Positions 18,880 through 27,453 of a stretch of 64,000 bases of DNA are shown piece after piece. The notes under the pieces were generated by a model. That model was given only the letters and a program-made list of their open reading frames with translations. It did not search any database and was not told where the DNA came from. The DNA comes from Fidelibacterota bacterium (lineage in GTDB: Bacteria; Fidelibacterota; Marinisomatia; Marinisomatales; Marinisomataceae), in assembly GCA_965212055.1 (NCBI GenBank), contig OZ243041.1, forward strand, positions 384,001 through 448,000. Reading direction: 5' to 3'. Position 1 is the first letter of the stretch, and every line of letters begins with the position of its first letter. The position numbers and the translations under genes were made by a program.

Positions 18880-19450
18880 ATATATATTTATAACTTTACT
18901 AATGTTATCTACCATATTTTCCCAAGAGAAGAATCATAATCTTAATTTTCTTTTTGCAAATAATGCTTATGGTTTATCATATGAATATCAAAGATTTGTA
19001 AAACCAGATTTATCAGTTGGTGCTGATCTCAGGTTTTATGATATTCGCACTGATGAATATCCAGTATATGATCCATTCTATAATCAGTATGATGTATCTG
19101 GCGAAAAAAGCATCTTAATACTTCCTATGTATCTTAGGCTTAACTACTATCCATTTAAAGACAAGATTGCAAATAATTTCCAACCATTTTTATTATTATC
19201 TTTTGGTCCATTTGTAACAATTGATGGTGATGAAGATGCCGGTAGTTTCTCTGATAAATGGTCTGGTGCACCTACACAAGTTAATCTTGGTGCTTCCATT
19301 GGTTTTGGTGTCACCCTTCAGACAGATAGATCTTCTGGATTTTCATTTGGTATAGCTTATGATCATTTGCAGGTAGAGGAACCAATTCATGATCAAGAAG
19401 ATTTCGGTGGAGGATTTCTTTACCTACAGTATAGACTTGGTCGTGAGTAA
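18869..19450 (+). CDS. Hypothetical exported protein, probably a small outer-membrane beta-barrel
   Basis: Signal peptide MNNKYIFITLLMLSTIFSQ; alternating aromatic beta-strands; C-terminal FLYLQYRL. Confidence 0.7.
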   Translation: MNNKYIFITLLMLSTIFSQEKNHNLNFLFANNAYGLSYEYQRFVKPDLSVGADLRFYDIRTDEYPVYDPFYNQYDVSGEKSILILPMYLRLNYYPFKDKIANNFQPFLLLSFGPFVTIDGDEDAGSFSDKWSGAPTQVNLGASIGFGVTLQTDRSSGFSFGIAYDHLQVEEPIHDQEDFGGGFLYLQYRLGRE

Positions 19451-20168
19451 TTTTTTCTTTATAGATAAAAAGAATATTCAAAGAAATAATTTCTGTTTAA
19501 ATCATAATGAATCGCATCATTTAATAAATGTTATGCGTTTAAAAGTTAACTCGAAGATTTGGCTTACCGATGGAGATGGAACATCATATTTTGTTTTGAT
19601 TAATTCATTTGACAATGGAATTGCTTCGGGAGAGATCTTGGAAAGTTATAAAAATAAAAATGAATCAAATCATTATATACACCTTGGTTTACCTATTATA
19701 AAGAATTCTAGAATCAAAATTGCAGTGGAAAAGTCTGTTGAATGTGGTGTAAAAGAAATCACACCATTATCTCTAGATAGATCAGTAAAGTCTAATCCTT
19801 CCATTGAAAGATTAAATTCAATTTCCCAGTCTGCTGGTAAACAATCCATGAGAAGTATTTTCCCAAAAATCAATCCTGTTTCTTCTTTATCAGATTGGTA
19901 TAGTCGTGATGCTATCAATATTGTTTGTTTTATTGAATCTAATAGAAGATTAAGTGATTTTAAGGATGAAATTTTTAAAGCAAATGATGATAAGAAAAAA
20001 ATTTCCGTTTTAATTGGGCCTGAAGGAGATTTTTCAGATGAAGAAAAAGAGTTCATTTATGATAAGAAATTTCTTAAAGTTAACCTTGGTAATACTATTC
20101 TAAGAACTGAGACAGCGGTTATATCTATTTTATCAGTTTTGAATGAATTAATGGCACAATATGAGTAA
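19443..20168 (+). CDS. rsmE: 16S rRNA m3U1498 methyltransferase
   Basis: HHLINVMRL, EKSVECGV, IGPEGDFS, LGNTILRTETA; start GTG 19443. Confidence 0.93.
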   Translation: MSNFFFIDKKNIQRNNFCLNHNESHHLINVMRLKVNSKIWLTDGDGTSYFVLINSFDNGIASGEILESYKNKNESNHYIHLGLPIIKNSRIKIAVEKSVECGVKEITPLSLDRSVKSNPSIERLNSISQSAGKQSMRSIFPKINPVSSLSDWYSRDAINIVCFIESNRRLSDFKDEIFKANDDKKKISVLIGPEGDFSDEEKEFIYDKKFLKVNLGNTILRTETAVISILSVLNELMAQYE

Positions 20169-20505
20169 AACAGTTTTTCAAAAAATTATTGATAGAGAAA
20201 TTCCTTCTGAGATTGTTTATGAAGATGATTTGGTAATTGCAATTAAAGATGTCAATCCTGTAGCACCAGTACACTTATTAATTATACCTAAAAAATGTAT
20301 ACCAACCTTAAATGATTTAATAGAAGAAGATGCTAATACCGTTAGTAGAATGATAGAGATTGCAAAAGATCTTGCAAAACAATTTAATATTGATAAAACA
20401 GGCTATAGAACTGTTTTTAATTGTAATGATGATGGTGGTCAGACCGTTTATCATATACACCTTCACTTAATCGGAGGGAGAAAAATGAGTTGGCCTCCAG
20501 GATAA
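20161..20505 (+). CDS. hinT: Histidine-triad nucleotide-binding protein
   Basis: GQTVYHIHLHLIGGR HIT motif, WPPG end. Confidence 0.95.
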   Translation: MSKTVFQKIIDREIPSEIVYEDDLVIAIKDVNPVAPVHLLIIPKKCIPTLNDLIEEDANTVSRMIEIAKDLAKQFNIDKTGYRTVFNCNDDGGQTVYHIHLHLIGGRKMSWPPG

Positions 20506-20510
20506 ATATT

Positions 20511-22580
20511 ATGCATATTTCAAAATTAGAAGTCTTTGGTTTTAAATCTTTCGCAAAAAAGCAAACTGTTGTTTTTAATGATGGTATTACTGGTATTGTT
20601 GGTCCAAATGGTTGTGGTAAAACAAACATTGTTGATGCAATACGATGGGTTCTTGGAGAACAAAGAACATCTAGATTGAGAAGCTCTAAAATGGAGGATC
20701 TGATTTTCAATGGTACGTCTAGGGTCAAGCCTCTAGGTTTTTGTGAAGTGTATTTAACTGTTGAAAATGATAAAGGACTTCTTCCTTTAGAATATAATCA
20801 AGTAGAAGTCGGAAGAAAATTATATCGTAGTGGAGAAAGTGAATATTTTATTAATAAAAATTCATGCAGATTAAAAGACATATATAACCTTTTTGTTGAT
20901 ACAGGTATGAGTTCCGATGCTTATTCTGTAATAGAGCTCAATATGATTGAGCAGATTCTATCAAATAAAGATCATAGTAGAAGAATAATGTTTGAGGAAG
21001 CTGCAGGGGTAAATAAGTATAAATCTCAAAGACGTTCAGCTTTGAAAAAATTCGAACTCAATAATAGAGATTTGGAAAGAATCGATGATATTATTATTGA
21101 AATAGAAATGCAGGTTAAAAATCTTCAATTGCAGTTGAAGAGGTTTAATAGACATGAGAAATTAAGTGAAAAATTACAAAAACTAGAAATAGAATTAGCT
21201 CAAGCAAGGATTAGCGATTTAGAAAAAGAAACCAAGCCATTAGAATCTTTTCTTAAAAAGAAGAATAAGTTGCTAGATAAAAATTCTTCAAAACAGAAAT
21301 CAGAAAATTTGGATTTTTCCACCGCTAAGGACAATTATTTACATAAAAAAGAAGAATTAGACAAGACTCAAAAAAAGGTTGATCAATTAACTGAGAAACT
21401 TCTCAAAGATGTTCAGAAGAAAAACACTGAGTCTTCAAAAGGGATAGATGTTCTTGAAGGTGAGCTTCAAAAAAAGATTAATCAATTAAATCAGTTTGAC
21501 AAAGATTATATGAAAATTATTTCGGAATGTGATGATTGTGGAAAAACTGTTATAGGTACCGATAAGAAATATGAGAAATTGAAAAAGAGTATTGAAGACT
21601 ATAAAGATAAAATTCAAGAATATAAAAGTAGCAAAGAATTCAACTTCAACAAACTAAATGATTCAATTAAAGATACTCAGCAAAAGATTGATATTGGAAA
21701 ATCAGATATAAAAAGCAAAGAAACTGATGTGAATAATGCTTTTATAAAAATGGAGTCAATTCGTGCAAAGATGGATTCAGAAAGATTCAAAAAAGACGAC
21801 ATATTGTATGATATAAAGAATGCAGAAATGAAGATTGCAGAATCGAAGATAAGGATAGATCAAATTAAAGAGCAAATTATAGATAAGTTTGGAGAGAATA
21901 TTAAGCTTAAATCAATTAAGAATTATAACATATCTGATATATCATATAATGTAGAAAAGACTAAAAGAAGTATTGAAACTATTGGTCCAATTAATTGGGC
22001 AGTATCGGATGAGTATAACGAACAAAATACTAGACTACAATTATTAAAGTCTCAAAGAAGCGATTTAGTGGAATCAGAAGAAAATTTGAAAGATGCAATT
22101 AAGAAAATTGATAATGTGGCAAAAAAACAATTTTCTGATACCTTTAATAAGATTAAAGATAATTTTGAAATAATGTTTGAGACATTCTTTCTAGGAGGAA
22201 AAGGAACAATTGCCTTGAGCGATACTGGTGATCCATTGAATTCTGAAATAACAATTTTTGCACAGCCTCCAGGTAAGAAAAATAGTTCATTAAGGATGCT
22301 GTCTGCTGGAGAAAAATCCTTAACAGCAATTGCGCTTCTTTTTGCGATATATCAATATAAACCAAGTCCTTTTTGTATTTTAGACGAGATAGATGCTCCT
22401 CTTGATGATATAAATATTAATAAATTTACTAAGGTCATAAAGGATTATAGCAAGAATACTCAGTTTATAATGGTAACTCACAATAAATTAACTATGGAAT
22501 CAACTGATTGTATTTATGGGGTTACTTCGGAAAGAAAAGGCATTTCAAAAGTAATTTCGATTGATTTTGCTGAAAAATAA
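20511..22580 (+). CDS. smc: Smc-family ATPase, short (689 aa), hinge-less, with a central CxxC
   Basis: GFKSF, Walker A GPNGCGKT, DAIRWVLGEQ, FEEAAG, GPIN, LSAGE, Walker B FCILDEIDAPLD, VTH; only coiled coil plus CDDCG between the head halves. Confidence 0.85.
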   Translation: MHISKLEVFGFKSFAKKQTVVFNDGITGIVGPNGCGKTNIVDAIRWVLGEQRTSRLRSSKMEDLIFNGTSRVKPLGFCEVYLTVENDKGLLPLEYNQVEVGRKLYRSGESEYFINKNSCRLKDIYNLFVDTGMSSDAYSVIELNMIEQILSNKDHSRRIMFEEAAGVNKYKSQRRSALKKFELNNRDLERIDDIIIEIEMQVKNLQLQLKRFNRHEKLSEKLQKLEIELAQARISDLEKETKPLESFLKKKNKLLDKNSSKQKSENLDFSTAKDNYLHKKEELDKTQKKVDQLTEKLLKDVQKKNTESSKGIDVLEGELQKKINQLNQFDKDYMKIISECDDCGKTVIGTDKKYEKLKKSIEDYKDKIQEYKSSKEFNFNKLNDSIKDTQQKIDIGKSDIKSKETDVNNAFIKMESIRAKMDSERFKKDDILYDIKNAEMKIAESKIRIDQIKEQIIDKFGENIKLKSIKNYNISDISYNVEKTKRSIETIGPINWAVSDEYNEQNTRLQLLKSQRSDLVESEENLKDAIKKIDNVAKKQFSDTFNKIKDNFEIMFETFFLGGKGTIALSDTGDPLNSEITIFAQPPGKKNSSLRMLSAGEKSLTAIALLFAIYQYKPSPFCILDEIDAPLDDININKFTKVIKDYSKNTQFIMVTHNKLTMESTDCIYGVTSERKGISKVISIDFAEK

Positions 22581-22658
22581 ATTATTTGGACTATTCAATC
22601 CTTTTCCACAAATTACGCCTGTTTTAATTCATTAAAAGAGAATGGAAAGATAATAAAT

Positions 22659-23735
22659 ATGGCAACTAAAATTAGATTTAAAAGAATTGGAAGAAGAAAT
22701 AGACCTTTCTATAGGTTGGTCGTTATTGATTCTAGAAAAAGAAGAGATGGTGCACCTATTGAACAGTTAGGTTGGTATGATCCGATCAAAGCTGATAAAG
22801 AATCTAACTTCAATTTTAATGAAGATAGAATAATTGATTGGTTGAAAGAAGGAGCACAAGTTTCAGATCCTGTTAATAAGCTTATGAAAAGATCTGGCCT
22901 TGCTTATAAATGGCATCTAATTAAACAAGGACTTTCTGAAAGTGAAATAGAAAAAGCTCTTAAGAAATGGAAAGAAGAAAGAGATGAAGTTGTTAAAAAT
23001 AGAAAAAAAGCTAGACTCGATAGAAAGATTAAGAAAAAAGAAGAAAAAGATTCTAAAAAACTTGTAGAAGAAGCTCCAGCTGAAGAACCAGCAAAAGAAG
23101 AAGCTCCAGCTGAAGAACCAGCGAAGAAGAAGCTCCAGCTGAAGAACCAGCGAAGAAGAAGCTCCAGCCAAAAGAAGAAAGAAGAAGCTCCAGCTGAAGA
23201 ACCAGCAAAAGAAGAAGCTCCAGCTGAAGAACCAGCCGAAGAAGAAGCTCCAGAACCGAAGAAGAAGCTCCAGCCGAAGAAGAAGCTCCAGCTGAAGAAC
23301 CAGCAAAAGAAGAAGCTCCAGCTGAAGAAGAAGCTCCAGCCGAAGAAGAAGCTCCAGCTGAAGAACCAGCCGAAGAAGAAGCTCCAGCTGAAGAACCAGC
23401 CGAAGAAGAAGCTCCAGCTGAAGAAGAAGCTCCCTGAAGAAGAAGCTCCAAAAGAAGAAGCTCCAGCCGAAGAAGAAGCTCCAGCTGAAGAACCAGCAAA
23501 AGAAGAAAAGCTCCAGCCGAAGAAGAAGCTCCAGCTGAAGAACCAGCAGAAGAAGAAGCTCCAGCTGAAGAAGCTCCAGCGAAGAAGAAGCTCCAGCCGA
23601 AGAAGAAGCTCCAGCTGAAGAACCAGCCGAAGAAGAAGCTCCAGCTGAAGAAGCTCCAGAAGAAGAAAGAAGAAGCTCCAGCTGAAGAACCAGCAAAAGA
23701 AGAAAGAAGAAGCTCCAGCTGAAGAAAAATCTTAA
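22659..23735 (+). CDS. rpsP: 30S ribosomal protein S16 with a long E/A/P-repeat tail (frameshifted as given; in-frame TGA ends at 23618)
   Basis: IRFKRIGRRNRPFYRLVVIDSR...GWYDP S16 domain; the repeat returns to frame as EEAPAEEKS-stop at 23733-23735. Confidence 0.9.
23067..23726 (+). repeat. Tandem array of GAAGAAGCTCCAGC(T/C) / GAAGAACCAGC units (EEAPA / EEPA)
   Basis: Directly visible; interrupted by several small indels. Confidence 0.97.
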
Positions 23736-23764
23736 CTAAAGATTTGATATTATAATAAGGAGGT

Positions 23765-24007
23765 ATGATGGAATTGACGGATCTTATTAAGGCAATTGTT
23801 AGCGAATTAGTGGATAGTCCTGAAGAAGTTGATATCAAAGAGGTTGAGACAGAAAATCAGATAATTCTTGAACTAAAAGTTTCTAAAGATGATTTTGGTA
23901 AAGTTATTGGAAAAAGTGGAAGAAATATTTCTGCAATTAGAACAATATTATTTGCTATTAATGCCAAAAAAGGTGGTAAAAAAGCAAGACTTGATGTAGT
24001 TGAATAA
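23765..24007 (+). CDS. khpA: KH-domain RNA-binding protein
   Basis: DFGKVIGKSGRNISAIRT GxxG loop; follows rpsP. Confidence 0.92.
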   Translation: MMELTDLIKAIVSELVDSPEEVDIKEVETENQIILELKVSKDDFGKVIGKSGRNISAIRTILFAINAKKGGKKARLDVVE

Positions 24008-24025
24008 ATTTTTAGGTTATTGATA

Positions 24026-24724
24026 ATGAATATCTATTTTATTACCCCTTTTCCAGCACTAGTTGAAACTCTAGTTAAAAATAATATCTCAAACCAAGGG
24101 ATAAAGAAAAATTTGGTTAATGTTGATGTTATTAATCTTAGAGATTTCTCAAACAATGAATATAAACAAATTGATGATGAACCTTATGGTGGAGGAAGTG
24201 GAATGATTATGATGTGTGAGCCTTTGTTTAAGGCTATAGAACATTGTATTGATAAATCTTCTCATAAACCGAAGATAATCTTTCCTTCTCCAAAAGGTGA
24301 AATTTTAAATCATTCAGTTTCTGAAAGTTTAAGTAAAGAGAATTCATTGATTTTTATATGCGGTCATTACAAGGGTATAGATCAGAGAGTAATTGATAAA
24401 TATGTTGATTCTGAAATTTCAATAGGAGACTATGTTATTTCAAATGGAGAACTTTCTTCTATGATAGTTTTTGATTCAATTATCAGATTAGTACCAGGAG
24501 TTCTTAATGATTTAAATTCGGCAATGACAGATTCTTTTGTTGACGATTTACTTGATGCTCCTTATTTTACGCGACCAAATGAGATTGATGGGTTAAAGGT
24601 GCCTGATGTGTTATTATCTGGAAATCATCAGTTGATTGAAGAGTGGAGAAAAAATAAGAAAATTGAGATAACTAAAGATAAAAGACCTGATCTTTGGAAG
24701 AAGTATAAAGAAAAAAAGAAATGA
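24026..24724 (+). CDS. trmD: tRNA m1G37 methyltransferase
   Basis: [39 protein letters not shown]. Confidence 0.96.
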   Translation: MNIYFITPFPALVETLVKNNISNQGIKKNLVNVDVINLRDFSNNEYKQIDDEPYGGGSGMIMMCEPLFKAIEHCIDKSSHKPKIIFPSPKGEILNHSVSESLSKENSLIFICGHYKGIDQRVIDKYVDSEISIGDYVISNGELSSMIVFDSIIRLVPGVLNDLNSAMTDSFVDDLLDAPYFTRPNEIDGLKVPDVLLSGNHQLIEEWRKNKKIEITKDKRPDLWKKYKEKKK

Positions 24725-25041
24725 GTAAAGAAAATTCAAAAAAAATTCCAGACTTTAAACCTGGCGATATATTATCAATCAACGTTAATGTAAAAGAAGG
24801 TAAGAAAGTTCGTCAACAGCTTTTTAAAGGTACAGTAATTGCAAGAAAAGGTTCTGGTGTTGGAGAAACAATTACCGTTAGAAAAGTTTCTAATGGTGTA
24901 GGCGTTGAAAGAATTTTTCCTCTTCACTCTCCTAGCATAGCTTCTATCAAGGTTAACAAGATTAACAAGGTAAGAAAAGCTAAATTATACTATCTAAGAA
25001 ATCTTTCTGGTAAGGCAGCAAGATTATCTGAAAAAAAATAA
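24721..25041 (+). CDS. rplS: 50S ribosomal protein L19
   Basis: [23 protein letters not shown]. Confidence 0.97.
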   Translation: MSKENSKKIPDFKPGDILSINVNVKEGKKVRQQLFKGTVIARKGSGVGETITVRKVSNGVGVERIFPLHSPSIASIKVNKINKVRKAKLYYLRNLSGKAARLSEKK

Positions 25042-25059
25042 AGGATTACTAGGGAAATA

Positions 25060-25863
25060 ATGTTAGTTAGTATGACAGGTTTTGGTTTTGGCCATTACGA
25101 AGATAAATCCATTTCTATTGATGTAGAGATTAGATCTTTTAATTCTAGGTATTTCGAGCTACAAACAAGATATTTTGACTTATCTGGAGAAACAGAATAT
25201 AAAATTAGAAGATTTCTAAAGAAAAAATTAAAACGAGGTTCTGTGACTCTAAGCATAAAAATTGATTCTAAGAATCAGTTCAAAGTGAATAATCATAAAA
25301 TAGAGAGTTTTCTTAAGGCTTATAAAAATATAGAAAAAAAATATAATCTAAAATTAGACTATAACAAGCTTTTTTCCAGCAATGATTTAGTTAGATTTTC
25401 TACATCAGATAAAGCTTTTGATAATAAAATTCTTAAAGCTATTAATACAGCAACAAATCAAGTTATATCAATGAGAGTTAAAGAAGGAAACGATATTCAA
25501 AAAGAATTTTTGAAGTATATTACCATTGCCAAGAAAGATTTGCGTAATATTCAATCTATTTGCCTCAAAGAAGTTACTAAATTGGCTAACAGAAAAAGTA
25601 ATTCTGATTCTAAGATTGAAGATATTGAGAAATTGGATATTACTGAAGAGATAGATAGAACAAAAAGTCATTTTAATCAGATAGAATCATCAATTCAATC
25701 AAAAGAGCTTTCTGGAAAAAAGATTAATTTTATTCTTCAAGAAATAAATAGAGAATCAAATACAATTTTATCAAAGTTTCTGAATAAAAAGATTGCGAAA
25801 AATGCTATTAGTCTGAAAATTCAGACAGAGAAATTAAGAGAACAAATAAACAATATATTATGA
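25060..25863 (+). CDS. yicC: YicC/YloC-family endoribonuclease
   Basis: SMTGFG, DITEEIDR, GKKINFILQEINRESNTILSK, EKLREQINNI. Confidence 0.9.
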   Translation: MLVSMTGFGFGHYEDKSISIDVEIRSFNSRYFELQTRYFDLSGETEYKIRRFLKKKLKRGSVTLSIKIDSKNQFKVNNHKIESFLKAYKNIEKKYNLKLDYNKLFSSNDLVRFSTSDKAFDNKILKAINTATNQVISMRVKEGNDIQKEFLKYITIAKKDLRNIQSICLKEVTKLANRKSNSDSKIEDIEKLDITEEIDRTKSHFNQIESSIQSKELSGKKINFILQEINRESNTILSKFLNKKIAKNAISLKIQTEKLREQINNIL

Positions 25864-26420
25864 AACTTCTTTTTACACTATCAGGTTCTTCCGGATCAGG
25901 AAAAACAACTTTATTAGATCTATTATCTCGTGATTTGGCTATTGATATTTCAGTTTCTCATACAACTAGAGAGAGAAGGGAATATGAGATTGATGGAATT
26001 CACTATCATTTTGTTTCAAAGGACAAATTTAATAGTCTTACCAACGATGATAAATTTATTGAATATGAAAATGTTCATGGTGACTTATATGGCACAACAA
26101 AAGAAGGAGTAGAATGTTATTTATCTGAAAAGAAACCATTATTTTTAGAATTAGATGTTAAAGGTGCATTAAATCTAAAAAAAATGTATCCAGAGAATAC
26201 TGTTTCTATATTTTTATCAGCTCCAAATTTTAAAGAATTAGAGAGTAGACTAATTCATAGATCATCAGAATCAAAAGAAGAGATTAATAAAAGATTAAGC
26301 AGGTTTTCTGAAGAGGAGAACCTAAAAAAAGAATTTGACTATACAGTTATTAATGATAACTTCGAATCCACATTCGAAGAGTTAAAAAAAATGATACTTT
26401 CAATGATAAAAGAGGATTAA
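25860..26420 (+). CDS. gmk: Guanylate kinase
   Basis: GSSGSGKTT, SVSHTTR, DGIHYHF, YGT. Confidence 0.95.
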   Translation: MKLLFTLSGSSGSGKTTLLDLLSRDLAIDISVSHTTRERREYEIDGIHYHFVSKDKFNSLTNDDKFIEYENVHGDLYGTTKEGVECYLSEKKPLFLELDVKGALNLKKMYPENTVSIFLSAPNFKELESRLIHRSSESKEEINKRLSRFSEEENLKKEFDYTVINDNFESTFEELKKMILSMIKED

Positions 26421-26423
26421 AAG

Positions 26424-26720
26424 ATGGCAATTGGACCAATTTCTTTTAAAAAATTACTAAAAAAAACTGATGATATTTATGAATCTGTAGTTGTTTCTTC
26501 TCGAAGAGCAAAACAAATTCTTCAAGAACGTGTTTTGAAACAGATAATTGAAGAAAACACTGAGTTTAACGAAGAAGAAGGTATTTTATCAGAACCAGTT
26601 ATCAGAGAAGATATTGATTTTGATAAAGAAGAAAAAGTAACAACAATTGCTCTTGATGAGTATCTTGAAGGAAAATTAGATTGGAAAAAAACAGAAGAAT
26701 CAATTGACCAAGAATCTTAA
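26424..26720 (+). CDS. rpoZ: RNA polymerase omega subunit (FCB-type)
   Basis: IYESVVVSSRRAKQI and K..TIALDEYLEGKL; position directly after gmk. Confidence 0.8.
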   Translation: MAIGPISFKKLLKKTDDIYESVVVSSRRAKQILQERVLKQIIEENTEFNEEEGILSEPVIREDIDFDKEEKVTTIALDEYLEGKLDWKKTEESIDQES

Positions 26721-27357
26721 TGCAAAGAAAGAATATCTATTACAGAATCAAGAATTATTTGGAAAAGAAATATTTCTTGATATAGCTCAACAATCATCAC
26801 CTTTTCCTAACCAATTAAACACATTCGAAAAAAATATCTGTAATTGTGAAAAATGTGATTTACATAAAAGTCGTACAAATTTTGTTTTTGGTGAGGGCGA
26901 TAAAAATGCAAGCCTACTCTTGATTGGAGAAGCTCCCGGAGCGCAAGAAGATCTTGAAGGGAGACCGTTTGTTGGCAGATCTGGGAAATTACTTGATAAA
27001 ATATTAAAAGCAATTGATAGAGACAGATTTAATGATACTTATATCTGCAATATCTTGAAATGCAGGCCTCCTGAAAATAGAAATCCATCATCAAGTGAAG
27101 TTGATAAATGCAAACCATATTTAAATCATCAAATTAAATTAATTAATCCGAAACTTATTGTGACACTTGGGTTGGTTGCAACATCAACATTGCTAGGAAA
27201 AGATTCTTCTCTAAAAGATATGAGGAATAATATTTTTTATTATATGAATTATCCCGTTATTGTAACTTATCATCCTGCTTTTCTGTTAAGAAGTCCAAGT
27301 TTTAAGAGAAATGCATGGGAAGACTTTAAAAAAATTAGAGACTATATAAAGAATTAA
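26704..27357 (+). CDS. Family-4 (4Fe-4S) uracil-DNA glycosylase
   Basis: CEKC, IGEAPG, GRPFVG, KCRPPENR, YHPA. Confidence 0.93.
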   Translation: MTKNLNAKKEYLLQNQELFGKEIFLDIAQQSSPFPNQLNTFEKNICNCEKCDLHKSRTNFVFGEGDKNASLLLIGEAPGAQEDLEGRPFVGRSGKLLDKILKAIDRDRFNDTYICNILKCRPPENRNPSSSEVDKCKPYLNHQIKLINPKLIVTLGLVATSTLLGKDSSLKDMRNNIFYYMNYPVIVTYHPAFLLRSPSFKRNAWEDFKKIRDYIKN

Positions 27358-27422
27358 ACTTGTCAGGGCCAGAAAAGATTGTTAATCTAGTGAATATGGC
27401 TATTTATATGATGTTGATAGTC

Positions 27423-27431
27423 TGTGGATAA
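27423..27431 (-). promoter_or_regulatory. Perfect DnaA box upstream of dnaB
   Basis: TGTGGATAA on +, i.e. TTATCCACA on -. Confidence 0.55.
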
Positions 27432-27453
27432 ATATTGATGAATAAAAGATAAT

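Noticed and set aside
20511..22580. Calling the short SMC protein RecN, SbcC or a pseudogene
   Set aside because: The head motifs are Smc-type, there is no adjacent sbcD, and the frame is intact with both head halves and roughly symmetric arms.
22602..22610. DnaA-box-like TTTTCCACA upstream of rpsP
   Set aside because: A single relaxed-consensus match in AT-rich DNA; insufficient support.
22917..23838. Long minus-strand ORFs of 259 and 261 aa
   Set aside because: Antisense shadows of the GAAGAAGCTCCAGCT repeat, which lacks stop codons on that strand.
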